Counted from the first letter of the stretch, positions 1 to 9,852 are shown. The stretch is DNA of 64,000 bases from Desulfobacterales bacterium (GCA_963674755.2 CAXXVS010000003.1:2208001-2272000), one strand, 5' to 3'. The notes: a model not told the origin generated them from the sequence alone. Numbers and translations: made by a program.

Positions 1-1
1 A

Positions 2-208
2 CTCCTGCCGGACGATCTGCAGAGTCTTGAATTCAACATGATCGAAGGCGAGGGTCTGCAGACCCTGGAAGAGGTCGAACGGCAGCATATCCGGGAGGTG
101 CTGCAAAAGACCGGCGGCAACAAGAATCTCGCCAGCAAAATCCTGAACCTGCCCCGCACCACCCTGTGGCGCAAGATGAAACGGCACAACCTGGTCAACG
201 GGAAGTAG
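2..208 (+). CDS. 3' end of a Fis-HTH transcriptional activator, probably sigma54-dependent (partial, runs off window)
   Basis: Frame from position 2 reads ...LQTLEEVERQHIREVLQKTGGNKNLASKILNLPRTTLWRKMKRHNLVNGK*, an NtrC/Fis-type HTH; TAG at 206-208. Confidence 0.85.
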   Translation, partial: LLPDDLQSLEFNMIEGEGLQTLEEVERQHIREVLQKTGGNKNLASKILNLPRTTLWRKMKRHNLVNGK

Positions 209-263
209 GCGCCAGGCACCGTCCTCCGGTGAAGTGCCGGGGCCCCTGCCCGTCGGCCGGTGA

Positions 264-280
264 TGTTCCAGATTGAAACA
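264..280. promoter_or_regulatory. Candidate upstream activator site (imperfect palindrome)
   Basis: TGTTCC-AGATT-GAAACA, one mismatch from a perfect inverted repeat, about 145 bp upstream of the -24/-12 site, followed by an AT-rich spacer. Confidence 0.4.
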
Positions 281-424
281 CGTTCCTTGTCCTATTCCAT
301 CCTACCATGCTGTAATTATTTGTAATATCTCATATCCAGCCCGATCTTGTTTCATAATGAAACTGGATAGCCTCCGGACACCCCTGAAAATCTATAACTA
401 ATAGTAATTATTACAATAATATCG

Positions 425-440
425 TGGCATAGGCTTTGCT
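425..440 (+). promoter_or_regulatory. Sigma54 (-24/-12) promoter
   Basis: TGGCAT-AGGCT-TTGCT with exact GG-N10-GC spacing, just upstream of RBS GGAGGAGG and ATG 466. Confidence 0.8.
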
Positions 441-465
441 TCGGTGTCGGCCGGAGGAGGGCGTC

Positions 466-900
466 ATGGAAAAAATCCTGGTCACAATGAATCCGGCCCG
501 CACACGGCTTTTTGCCGGCCTCCACGCGCTCAATCTGGCCCGACGCATCAATGCCAGGGTCATCTTCCTGATGGTCTCTCCCGCCGGACCCGGCCGGTCC
601 GGACGCTCCACCCACAACCGCAGCGAAACCGCGCTGAAAAAGCGTGTGGAAGCGCTGATCGACGATGCCCGCTCCGACGGCGTGGCCGTGGATTACTATG
701 CCGCTTCCGGGGATTACGAGGGTGAGCTGATCCGCTTCGTCCAAGAGAACAAGGTCACCCTGCTGGTGGTTGAAACACCGGTGGGGCCGCCCGAAACCGC
801 GGAGACTTTCAAAAACTTCCTGAACAAACTGCGGCATCGGATCGATTGCCGCATTGAAGTGGTCAACGAAAAACCAAAGACTCCGGCAAGAAAGGAATAG
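466..900 (+). CDS. Universal stress protein (USP)-like protein
   Basis: MEKILVTMN...ALNLARRINARVIFLMV...GDYEGELIRFVQENKVTLLVV pattern; strong RBS before ATG 466. Confidence 0.7.
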   Translation: MEKILVTMNPARTRLFAGLHALNLARRINARVIFLMVSPAGPGRSGRSTHNRSETALKKRVEALIDDARSDGVAVDYYAASGDYEGELIRFVQENKVTLLVVETPVGPPETAETFKNFLNKLRHRIDCRIEVVNEKPKTPARKE

Positions 901-904
901 CACT

Positions 905-1825
905 GTGTGGCATCTCTACCTTCCGATCGCGGGCAATAGCGTCAACATCGTTTTGATCTTCATCATGGGCGGATTCGTAGGGCTGCTCTCGGGGATCTTC
1001 GGCGTGGGCGGCGGTTTTCTGATGACCCCCCTTCTCATCATGATCGGCATCCCGCCCACCGTGGCGGCCGCCTCGGATTCCAACCAGATCGTGGGGGCCT
1101 CCACTTCCGGCACCCTGGCCCACTACCGCCTGGGCAACGTGGACTTCAAGATGGGCATCATTCTGCTGGTGGGGGGCGTCCTGGGCGGAACGATGGGGGT
1201 ACAGCTCATCAAGGTGCTCCGGCACATGGGCAACGCCGACTTCCTGATCCAGATCACCTATGTGATCATGCTTGGCTTCGTGGGGATCTACATGTTCATC
1301 GAAAGCCTGCAGGGCCTGCGGGGCGGCGTCGAAACGGCGGCAGTCCCCCAGAAGGAGTCCGGCTATGCCCGCTTGGTCAAACGCCTGCCCTGGCAGATGC
1401 AGTTCGAAAAATCCGGTATCGAACTCTCCATCCTGATGCCGCTCATCCTGGGCGTCTTCGTAGGCGTCCTGGCGGCCATCATGGGGGTCGGCGGGGGGTT
1501 CATCATGGTGCCGGTCATGGTCTACCTGCTGCGCATGCCCATGCATGTGGTGGTGGGCACCAGCCTGTTCCAGATTCTCTTTACCTGCATCAACGTCACG
1601 ATCATGCAGGCCAACACCAACCACACCGTGGACTTCGTGCTGGCCCTGATCCTGTTGATCGGTTCGACGCTGGGCGCGCAGTTCGGCGCCAAGATCAGCC
1701 GGCGCCTCAAAGGCGACCAGCTCAAGATCATCCTGGCCTCGCTGGTGTTGCTGGTGATGGTCAAAATGCTGTTCGGACTGCTGCTGAAACCCGAGATTCT
1801 GCTGAGCTACATCGGAGGACATTAA
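905..1825 (+). CDS. TSUP (TauE/SafE) family putative sulfur-compound transporter
   Basis: Two GVGGGF motifs, many TM segments, N-terminus MWHLYLPIAGNSVN; GTG 905 after AAAGGA. Confidence 0.9.
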   Translation: MWHLYLPIAGNSVNIVLIFIMGGFVGLLSGIFGVGGGFLMTPLLIMIGIPPTVAAASDSNQIVGASTSGTLAHYRLGNVDFKMGIILLVGGVLGGTMGVQLIKVLRHMGNADFLIQITYVIMLGFVGIYMFIESLQGLRGGVETAAVPQKESGYARLVKRLPWQMQFEKSGIELSILMPLILGVFVGVLAAIMGVGGGFIMVPVMVYLLRMPMHVVVGTSLFQILFTCINVTIMQANTNHTVDFVLALILLIGSTLGAQFGAKISRRLKGDQLKIILASLVLLVMVKMLFGLLLKPEILLSYIGGH

Positions 1826-1826
1826 G

Positions 1827-2600
1827 GTGATCAAAAACATATCTGTCCTAACGCTTGTTTGTCTGGTGGGGTTGGGCCTGACCCTGGACGGGGCCCGGGC
1901 CGCCACCAACCTGAAGGTTGCCATGCACCCCGAACAAATCCGGATGGGGGCCGGGTATGACGGCGCCCAGGTGTTGCTCACCGGCAAGCTGCCCGCCGAG
2001 GCCGCCGCCCTGATCCGGGTCGTGGGCCCGGCGGAGCATTCCCGGCTCAAGGAGAAGGGGCGGGCCCTGGGGATCCTGTGGATGAACATGGGATCGGTGG
2101 AAATCGCCGATGTTCCCAACGTATTCCTGCTCTATCTGCCCGAAAAGGGTGGAGACATTCTGGGGGCGGGCGGGGTGCCGCAGGTCGGACTGCAGGGTCT
2201 GCACAAGCAGGTGAAAATCGTGGCCGATGACGCCGACACGGATGCCCTTTTCGATGAATTTGTCAAACTGAAAGAGAAATCCGGTCTGTACGGCACCTTT
2301 GCCGACGCCATCCAATACGGCCCGGCCGAGGGCGGCCTGAAGCCCTTCAAGGCCACTCTGGCCCTGCCGGCGGCCCTGCCCCAGGGATCCTATGCGGTCC
2401 AGGTGCTGGCCGTGACCAACGGGGCCGTCGCCGCTTCGGAGGATCTGGCCCTGGAGGCCCATGAAGTCGGCGTGCCGTCCTGGATATCGACCTTTGCCTT
2501 CGACCACGGCACCCTGTACGGGATTTTTGCGGTCGTGGTGGCCATTATCGCCGGATTGCTGACCGGCATTATTTTCAGAGGTGAGGGGGGCGCCCACTGA
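1827..2600 (+). CDS. TIGR02186-like membrane-anchored protein (usual TSUP neighbour)
   Basis: Signal peptide, KGRALGILWMN motif, C-terminal TM (HGTLYGIFAVVVAIIAGLL); starts immediately after the TSUP stop. Confidence 0.75.
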   Translation: MIKNISVLTLVCLVGLGLTLDGARAATNLKVAMHPEQIRMGAGYDGAQVLLTGKLPAEAAALIRVVGPAEHSRLKEKGRALGILWMNMGSVEIADVPNVFLLYLPEKGGDILGAGGVPQVGLQGLHKQVKIVADDADTDALFDEFVKLKEKSGLYGTFADAIQYGPAEGGLKPFKATLALPAALPQGSYAVQVLAVTNGAVAASEDLALEAHEVGVPSWISTFAFDHGTLYGIFAVVVAIIAGLLTGIIFRGEGGAH

Positions 2601-2634
2601 AGCGGCCCGGGATGGCCCAAGGGATGGGAGCACT

Positions 2635-5238
2635 GTGGAACATCTGACTAAAATGAGAAGGGTCCTGGAGAGCCTCTGCGATCGCGGGTCACGCCGCGCA
2701 CCGGTGACCTTTGCGGCCCTGTTCCACACCTTCCAACGGATCCTGGAACTCAATAACCAAATCCTGGAACGCATCGCGGACATGGGCGACAAACTGGGCG
2801 GCGATTATATCTTCGACGGGGAGTATATCCGTACCTCCTGCCTGCAGATGGGCAACCTGGTCTATGAACTCGTCTACAACTTCAATATCCTGGCTCCCCA
2901 AAAATACCCGGCCCTGGATGGCGTCTTTCATGGCATCCGCCACGACATCGAAGAAGAGCTGGCCGGCCGGGTGGTGATCCCCCGGACCGAATACGTGATC
3001 CCCTACGACATCATCTCCGGCGATTTCGACGACGTGGTAGGAGGTAAGAACACCCACATCGGCGAAATCCGCAACCGGCTGGAAATGACCGTTCCGGAGG
3101 GCTTTGCCATCACCACCCGGGCCTTTCAGTCCTTTCTGGACCACAACCGCCTGCACCAACCTCTGGAGGAGATCCTGCAGGCCTGGCAGAGCAACGCCGT
3201 CTCCACCAACGAGGCTTCCCAGAAGATTCACGCCATGATCATGGCCGGCACCCCGGCGCCGGCCATGGCGCGGGCCATCCAGAAGGCCGTGCGGCAATTG
3301 CAGCACAAGACCCGCGGGCGCCGCCTGCGACTGGCGGTGCGCAGCAGCGCCATGGGTGAAGACAGCGAGCACAGCTTTGCGGGCCAGTACCGCAGTTTTT
3401 TGAACGAGGCACCGTCCAATCTCGTGGCCCGCTACAAGGAAGTCCTGGCCAGCACCTTTTCGGCCTCCGCCATGGAATACCGGCGCCTGAAAGGCTTTCA
3501 CGCGCGCGAGGTGGTCATGGCCGTGGCCTGCCAGCGTATGATCGAGCCCGCGGTGAGCGGCGTCCTGTATTCCCTGGATCCGGCCGACCCGACCCGGGAG
3601 ATCATGGTGATATCGGCGGCTTGGGGTTTGGGGGAGCCCATCATGAACGGCAGTGCGGCGGCCGACCGTTTCACGGTGTCCCGCGAAGCGCCCCACCAGG
3701 TCCAGCAGCGGGGTGTCGTGCCCAAGCTCCGGCAATGGACGTCCCTGGAGGGCGGGGGCTGCGAATTCCAGCCGGTGGCCGACGCCCTGCAAAACCGCCC
3801 GTCGCTTTCCGATGCCCAAATCAGGGAACTGGCCGAGACCGCCCTACTGATAGAACGGTATTTCAAGTCGCCCCAGGATATCGAATGGGCCTACGACCGC
3901 CAGGGCCGGCTGGTGGTCCTGCAAGCCCGGGCGCTGAACGTCGCTTCCCATATGGTCCCGGCGGTGTGCGATCTGGCCGCAGTCACCGAACGCTATCCGG
4001 TGGTCTTCGCGCACCAGGGGATCATCGTGCAAAACGGCATTGCCACCGGCAAGGTCTTCATCGTGCAGACCGACCGCGACCTGGAGGCCTTTCCCAACGG
4101 CGCGATCCTGGTGGCCAAACAGACCTCGCCCCGCTATGCCAAAGTGGCCCGCAAGGCCGGCGGCATCATCACCGATGCCGGCACCTCCACCGGTCATATG
4201 GCGGCCATTGCCCGCGAATTCAGGATTCCGACCATTGTGAATACGGCGGTGGCAACCGAGAAGCTTGCCGCGGGACAGGCGATCACCCTGGATGCCCAGG
4301 AAAATGTGGTCTACGCCGGCCGCATCAAAGAGCTGTGCTATTTCAATTACATGGAAGATACTTTCGAGGAGACCTACGAATACCGCCTGCTGCGGCGGGT
4401 GCTCAAGAAAATCACGCCGCTCAACCTGGTGGATCCGCACGCCAAAGATTTTGCTCCCCCGGCCTGCCGGAGTTATCACGACATCACGCGCTTTATCCAC
4501 GAAAAGGCCGTGGAGGTATTGGCCGGCCTGGACTACCGCCACCGCCTGCAGGACGCCACCGCCGGCAAAAAACTCGACCTGGAGATTCCCCTCGACCTGA
4601 TCCTCATCGATATCGACGGCGGCCTGCAGGAAGACGGCGCGGGGCGCACGGTCACCCGGGAGCAGATCCGCTCCATTCCCATGCGGGCTTTTCTCGACGG
4701 CCTTTGCTCGCCGGGGGTCTGGAGCCGGGAACCCATGTCCGTGGACTTTACGAGCTTCATGTCCAGCCTGACCCGCACCTTTTCGTCCCACCTGGTGGAT
4801 CCCCAGCGGGTGGGGCAGAACCTGGCCGTTCTTTCCGGGAACTATGCCAATATCAATCTGCGGCTGGGCTACCATTTCAACATGATCGACGCCTACATCG
4901 GCGAACGCGTCAACGACAATTATGCCTATTTCCGCTTCATGGGTGGGGTGACGGATCCGACCCGCCGCTCCCGCCGGGCCCGGCTGATCCGCGAGACCCT
5001 GGCCCAGCACGATTTCAATGTGGATTTGCGCGGCGACCTGGTGATCGGGCGGATCAAGAAGCTCGGCCGCCCCGAGATGGAAGCCAAGATGGTCCTCCTG
5101 GGCCGCCTGGTGGGCTTTACCCGCCAGTTGGACGTGAAGATGAGCAGCGATCAGAAGGTCGATGAGTTTACCGAGCAGTTCGCGCGCTTGCTAACAAAAG
5201 AGGCAGTCGTACACCGACTGGGGAGGGAGACACCATGA
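2635..5238 (+). CDS. PEP-synthase/PPDK-like protein (nucleotide-binding + phospho-His domains, non-canonical C-terminus)
   Basis: VGGKN, AVRSSAMGEDSEHSFAGQY, QDIEWA, LQARAL and STGHMAAIAREFRIP motifs; GTG 2635 after GGGAG (ORF track start 2581). Confidence 0.85.
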   Translation: MEHLTKMRRVLESLCDRGSRRAPVTFAALFHTFQRILELNNQILERIADMGDKLGGDYIFDGEYIRTSCLQMGNLVYELVYNFNILAPQKYPALDGVFHGIRHDIEEELAGRVVIPRTEYVIPYDIISGDFDDVVGGKNTHIGEIRNRLEMTVPEGFAITTRAFQSFLDHNRLHQPLEEILQAWQSNAVSTNEASQKIHAMIMAGTPAPAMARAIQKAVRQLQHKTRGRRLRLAVRSSAMGEDSEHSFAGQYRSFLNEAPSNLVARYKEVLASTFSASAMEYRRLKGFHAREVVMAVACQRMIEPAVSGVLYSLDPADPTREIMVISAAWGLGEPIMNGSAAADRFTVSREAPHQVQQRGVVPKLRQWTSLEGGGCEFQPVADALQNRPSLSDAQIRELAETALLIERYFKSPQDIEWAYDRQGRLVVLQARALNVASHMVPAVCDLAAVTERYPVVFAHQGIIVQNGIATGKVFIVQTDRDLEAFPNGAILVAKQTSPRYAKVARKAGGIITDAGTSTGHMAAIAREFRIPTIVNTAVATEKLAAGQAITLDAQENVVYAGRIKELCYFNYMEDTFEETYEYRLLRRVLKKITPLNLVDPHAKDFAPPACRSYHDITRFIHEKAVEVLAGLDYRHRLQDATAGKKLDLEIPLDLILIDIDGGLQEDGAGRTVTREQIRSIPMRAFLDGLCSPGVWSREPMSVDFTSFMSSLTRTFSSHLVDPQRVGQNLAVLSGNYANINLRLGYHFNMIDAYIGERVNDNYAYFRFMGGVTDPTRRSRRARLIRETLAQHDFNVDLRGDLVIGRIKKLGRPEMEAKMVLLGRLVGFTRQLDVKMSSDQKVDEFTEQFARLLTKEAVVHRLGRETP

Positions 5239-5630
5239 ACAGCGATACGAAAACAAGGATTCTCGTTCTGGACGACGAAACCATCGTCCTCAAGCGATTG
5301 GGGCCGGCGCTGGAAAAAGCGGGCTACGCGGTGGATCTGTTTTCCCGCAGCGCGGATGCCCTGGCGCGGGTGAAGGAAGCGCCTTTTGACATCGTGATCA
5401 CCGATTTGAAGATGGAAGGGCTCGACGGGATGCAATTTCTGACCAAGGTCAAAGAGCGCTCCCCCCAGACCGAAGTTATCGTGATCACCGGCTTCGCCAC
5501 CATGGACACCGCCAAGGAGTCCTTTCAGAAGGGGGTGTTCGACTTCCTGGCGAAGCCCTTCAAGCTGGGCGAGATTCTTGAGACGGTGAAAAAGGCCGAG
5601 AAGAAGATCCGGCCGGAACTTGCGGACTGA
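5235..5630 (+). CDS. Stand-alone response regulator receiver
   Basis: ILVLDDE, ITDLKM, ITGF, AKPF; ATGA overlap with the upstream gene. Confidence 0.92.
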   Translation: MNSDTKTRILVLDDETIVLKRLGPALEKAGYAVDLFSRSADALARVKEAPFDIVITDLKMEGLDGMQFLTKVKERSPQTEVIVITGFATMDTAKESFQKGVFDFLAKPFKLGEILETVKKAEKKIRPELAD

Positions 5631-5698
5631 CGCAGCCGCCGCGGCAGGTGCCGATGGATGACGGCGGCGGGATAATGGGCACGAGGGAGGAAAACCGC

Positions 5699-6535
5699 AT
5701 GATGGACATGCTGATATCACTGAAAGCCGATCTGGCCTCGAGCATCGCTTTCCGCTATGCCTGTCGCCTGGCGGACCTGGCCGAGATTCACCTGCAAACG
5801 ATTTATGTCGAAGAGGTCGAAAAGGAAGGCTATCCGCCCGGCAGCGGATGGGTCCGCAGCACCTGGGAAACCGGGCTGATCGAGACGGCCCAGCGGGAAA
5901 TCGCGCAGCTGATCAATACGGAAAAGACTCACTGCCCGGTGCTGGACGAACCCATCGTGCGCATCGGCGAACGGGAGGAGGAACTGCTCAAGGAGGTCAA
6001 GCGCGAAGCCTACGACGTGTTTCTGGAAGGCGTGCTGAGTTCTTCGGATGAACGGCTCTTCTACCAAAAAATGCGTTCCAAACTCTACCGGCAGCTGGCC
6101 TGTCCGATCATCCTGGTCAAGAACCTCGTCAATCCGGCCCGGGTGGCCCTCGTGCTGGCCGAGCACAAGGATGTCAAACCGCTGGTCAACACCTTCGCGA
6201 ATCTGTTCGAAAAATCCAAACTGAGCGTGGATCTGGTGTATGTCAAGGCCAATCGGAACGTCCCGGCCGAAAACCAGAAAATACCGGCCGGAACGGCGGG
6301 GCCCGAGTGGGAAGACGCCCGACATACCCTGGACGACGCCCGGGAGCGGCTCGCCTTTCACGGCTGGACGCCCCAGGAGAGCTGGATTCTGCAGGAGCGT
6401 CCCCAGGCCATCGGTGAAATGCTGGCCCCCTATGGGCTGGTGGGCAGCCGGCTGCCGCGCGCAGTGCATAAATCCAATATGGTCATGGATCTGTTGAGCC
6501 GGGTGTCATCGGCGACGTTGTTGGCCAGGAATTGA
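5699..6535 (+). CDS. USP-like protein (tandem, divergent)
   Basis: DLASSIAFRYACRLA...IVRIGEREEELLKEV...CPIILVK; RBS GAGGGAGG before ATG 5699. Confidence 0.7.
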   Translation: MMDMLISLKADLASSIAFRYACRLADLAEIHLQTIYVEEVEKEGYPPGSGWVRSTWETGLIETAQREIAQLINTEKTHCPVLDEPIVRIGEREEELLKEVKREAYDVFLEGVLSSSDERLFYQKMRSKLYRQLACPIILVKNLVNPARVALVLAEHKDVKPLVNTFANLFEKSKLSVDLVYVKANRNVPAENQKIPAGTAGPEWEDARHTLDDARERLAFHGWTPQESWILQERPQAIGEMLAPYGLVGSRLPRAVHKSNMVMDLLSRVSSATLLARN

Positions 6536-6547
6536 AAGGAGCTTGCC

Positions 6548-7417
6548 ATGAAGATACTGGTGGCCGTAGATCAGAACCCCTACAGTGCCCATGCCGTCGT
6601 CGAAGTGGCCCGCTTGGCCGCCAATACCTGGGCCAACGTCAGCCTTCTGGGCGTGCAGTCCAAGAACGCGCCCGCCCAGGCCGCCGCGGACGGGTCGGTG
6701 TCCCGGGCGCTTTTTGAGTATCGCCAGCGTTTCCTCGCGCAATTCGACGGGAAAGACTGCCCTTACGCGCAGGCCGCTTTAGATCCCGCGCTGGTGGAAG
6801 TCGCGAAGAAGGTCTACGAGGCCCGGCCGCCTTCCCCCGCCGCCCGGAAGAACCTGACCCTCCGGCTGCGCATCGGCAGCCTGGGACGTGAGATCCTGTC
6901 CGAAGCCCGGGAAGCGCAGAGCGATCTGGTGGTCCTGGGGTGCGACCCGGCCAACGGCTGCGGGTGGTCCGGGGGCGCCGGGGTACCCCTCAAGGTGGCC
7001 AACGAGGCGCCCTGTTCCGTGCTGGTCGCCAAGAAGAAAAAGGCGGTCAAACGCATTATCTGCTGCCTCGACCAGGACCGGGTGAGCCAGCCGTCCCTGG
7101 AAATGATCAACCAGATGGTCACCCTGCACGACGGGGCCCAACTCGTCATCATCGGTATCGGCGGGCATGAGCAGCTGGATGCCGGGGTCGAGAAGAAGAT
7201 GGACCGCATCCTGCGCTACTACCATGCCCGGGGCATCGATCCCTGGATCGAGATGGTGGACGCGGATGCCCTGGATGCCTTCGTCGCCCGGGAATCGCGT
7301 TGGGGGATGATGGCCTTCTGGATGGGGCCCCAATCGATCCTGGAAAAGGTGTTTCCCCGCCGCAAGGTCAACAAACTGATCAAGGGCGGCGACGCCTCGG
7401 TGCTGATCTTGCGATAG
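6548..7417 (+). CDS. USP-family protein (tandem)
   Basis: MKILVAVDQNPYSAHAV...EILSEA...DLVVLG...PCSVLV; RBS AAGGAG. Confidence 0.8.
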   Translation: MKILVAVDQNPYSAHAVVEVARLAANTWANVSLLGVQSKNAPAQAAADGSVSRALFEYRQRFLAQFDGKDCPYAQAALDPALVEVAKKVYEARPPSPAARKNLTLRLRIGSLGREILSEAREAQSDLVVLGCDPANGCGWSGGAGVPLKVANEAPCSVLVAKKKKAVKRIICCLDQDRVSQPSLEMINQMVTLHDGAQLVIIGIGGHEQLDAGVEKKMDRILRYYHARGIDPWIEMVDADALDAFVARESRWGMMAFWMGPQSILEKVFPRRKVNKLIKGGDASVLILR

Positions 7418-7901
7418 ACGCCGCTGGTGCGGGCTGCGGCCGCTCCGGAGCGCGGCCGTGATCGGGCCGTGTAAGAGGAAAGCCTGCAAGCGATCCTGCA
7501 GGGCGCCGGCGAAGACGTTCCATCGGATGCAGTCCTCCCTATTTGTTAACGGCTGGTAAGGCGCTGGCTATCCCGGCGTTGACGATTCGGGGGCGCGGCC
7601 ATTGTGTATGGCGCCGCGCTTCCTGGCGGCTGACATGGCCTATCCCATCAACATCTCCCTGAACCATATCCACCTGATAGCGAAACCCCTGATCGAAGCA
7701 ACCTGTTTTTCACCCTGATCGGGAAATTTCCTCCGGGAGCTGTTAGGCTATTGATTTGCAGACCCGATTATGCCTTTTTGGACAGGTCGGTCTGCCCGGG
7801 AACAATGGTGAACGGTCCCCCGCTGCCGATTCGTTACCCCCAAGAGCCGGGATGATACAAGCCGGCGAGGCGCCATCACGAACCAGGTGAGGGGAGGTCC
7901 C

Positions 7902-9674
7902 ATGCCGCATCACGACCCCAGTCGTCTACCAGCACTGCCGTCTTTCTGGGCCGCCGTGCTGGACGCCTCTTACAACGGCATTATTGCCATCGACTGTGAA
8001 GGCACCATCGCCCTTTACAACAAAGCCGCCCGGCGCATTTTCGGGGAGGGTCACGCCGCCTATGTTGGCCGCCATATTTCCGATATCCGTCCCGGTGTCT
8101 GGCCGGACATGCAGCGTATCATGCAAAGCGGGAAACCGAGCATCGGCGTGAAGCTCGATCTGGGCGACACCACCATCATCGCCAACCGCAGCCCCATTTT
8201 CGTGGACGGTCGAGTTCAGGGGCTGATCTCGGTTTTTCAGGATATTTCCGAATACGAGACGATCACGAGCGAACTCCAGAGCTTTCAGCGTCTGAACAGC
8301 GAGCTGGAGGCCATCATCGAATCCTCCTACGACGGTCTTTACATCACCGACGGCAGCGCCAACACGATTCGAGTCAACCATTCCTATGAACGGATCACGG
8401 GGCTAAAGCGGCCGCAGCTCATCGGCCGCAACATGAACGATCTCGTGCGAGAAAGGATTTTCGATCATTCCGTTACCCTGGAGGTACTTCAGAAGCAGCA
8501 GCAGGTGACCATCCTGCAGCAGATCAAGGGGGACAAGCAGGTCATGGTTACCGGGACGCCTATTTACGACCATAACGGCGAGATCTCCTTTGTGGTGACC
8601 AATGTCCGGGACATTACCGAGTTGAACGAACTGCGGAGCAAGCTTGAAACCAGCGAACGCATCACCTCGCGTTATTACCAGACCCTCAAAGAGCACGACG
8701 GCATCGAACATGCCTTGCAGGACATGGTGATCAAGAGCCGCCCCATGATGCAGGTGGTCCGGCAAGCCACCAAAGTGGCCGATTCGGATACCTCGGTGCT
8801 GCTGCTGGGCGAGTCCGGTGTGGGCAAAAGCATGCTGGCGCGCTTGATCCACCAGATCAGCCATCGCAAGGACCGCCCTTTTGTCAAGATCAACTGCGGG
8901 ACGATTCCCAGCTCCTTGATGGAAAGCGAGCTGTTTGGTTATGAGAAGGGCGCCTTTACCGGGGCCGTCACCGCAGGTAAGGCCGGTCTGATTGAGGCCG
9001 GACACAGCGGCACGGTTTTTCTGGACGAAATCACCGAAATCCGGCCGGACCTGCAGGTCAAGCTGCTGGAAATCATCGAGGAGAAAACCTTCACCCGGGT
9101 GGGCGGCAAACACCCCCAAAAGGTGGATGTCCGCATCCTGGCCGCCACCAACCGCGACCTGCAGGAGATGATGCGCCAGGGACAATTCCGACAGGATCTC
9201 TATTATCGTCTCAACGTGATCCCCATCGCCATCCCGCCCTTACGGGACCGCCAAGAGGATATCCCGGCCCTGGCACTGAATGTCCTTGAGACCTTCAACC
9301 GCAAGCACCGCAGCAGCAAACGCCTGGGGCCCAAGGTTATCGATGCCCTCAAGCACTATCATTATCCTGGTAATGTGCGCGAGCTGATCAATATCATGGA
9401 GCGCATGATGCTCTTGAGCGAAGGCGACCAACTGACCCTGGAGGATCTGCCCGAAGAAATCCATCCCCAAACCTGCGGCTGGCAGGATCTCGACACGGAC
9501 GGCTTGACCCTCAAAGAGTCGGTCCAAGCCCTCGAAGCCCAGATGATCCGCCGTGCTTTGGAAGAGAGCAGCTCCCTGACCGAGGCGGCAGTTCGTCTGC
9601 AGGTTCACCCCACCACCCTGTGGCGTAAGATGAACCGTTACGCCATTTCTGCCGAAAATGCAAAATTGCAATAG
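7902..9674 (+). CDS. PAS-PAS sigma54-dependent activator (AAA+, Fis HTH)
   Basis: Two PAS-like repeats, GESGVGKS, ELFGYEKGAFTGA, FLDEI, FRQDLYYRLNV, YPGNVREL, HPTTLWRKM. Confidence 0.95.
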   Translation: MPHHDPSRLPALPSFWAAVLDASYNGIIAIDCEGTIALYNKAARRIFGEGHAAYVGRHISDIRPGVWPDMQRIMQSGKPSIGVKLDLGDTTIIANRSPIFVDGRVQGLISVFQDISEYETITSELQSFQRLNSELEAIIESSYDGLYITDGSANTIRVNHSYERITGLKRPQLIGRNMNDLVRERIFDHSVTLEVLQKQQQVTILQQIKGDKQVMVTGTPIYDHNGEISFVVTNVRDITELNELRSKLETSERITSRYYQTLKEHDGIEHALQDMVIKSRPMMQVVRQATKVADSDTSVLLLGESGVGKSMLARLIHQISHRKDRPFVKINCGTIPSSLMESELFGYEKGAFTGAVTAGKAGLIEAGHSGTVFLDEITEIRPDLQVKLLEIIEEKTFTRVGGKHPQKVDVRILAATNRDLQEMMRQGQFRQDLYYRLNVIPIAIPPLRDRQEDIPALALNVLETFNRKHRSSKRLGPKVIDALKHYHYPGNVRELINIMERMMLLSEGDQLTLEDLPEEIHPQTCGWQDLDTDGLTLKESVQALEAQMIRRALEESSSLTEAAVRLQVHPTTLWRKMNRYAISAENAKLQ

Positions 9675-9770
9675 ATTTGCATTATTGCATTAAAGACAGT
9701 ATTTATTTAATAATCAATATGTTAAAATTATTTTTGCTTGTTGCAGGTAAAAGGTTATTGCAGTATTGCA
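9659..9770. promoter_or_regulatory. Three TGCA-N4-TGCA candidate enhancer sites plus an IHF site
   Basis: TGCAAAATTGCA 9659-9670, TGCATTATTGCA 9678-9689, TGCAGTATTGCA 9759-9770; AATCAATATGTTA 9712-9724 matches WATCAANNNNTTR. Confidence 0.65.
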
Positions 9771-9852
9771 GTTATTAAGACTGAATCATCTTCACTTTAT
9801 TTATTTGACTATATCAATTGATATCATGGGGTTGGAGCGTTTTTATACCCCA

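Noticed and set aside
2635..5238. Canonical ppsA/ppdK
   Set aside because: No recognisable C-terminal PEP/pyruvate barrel motifs, so no symbol assigned.
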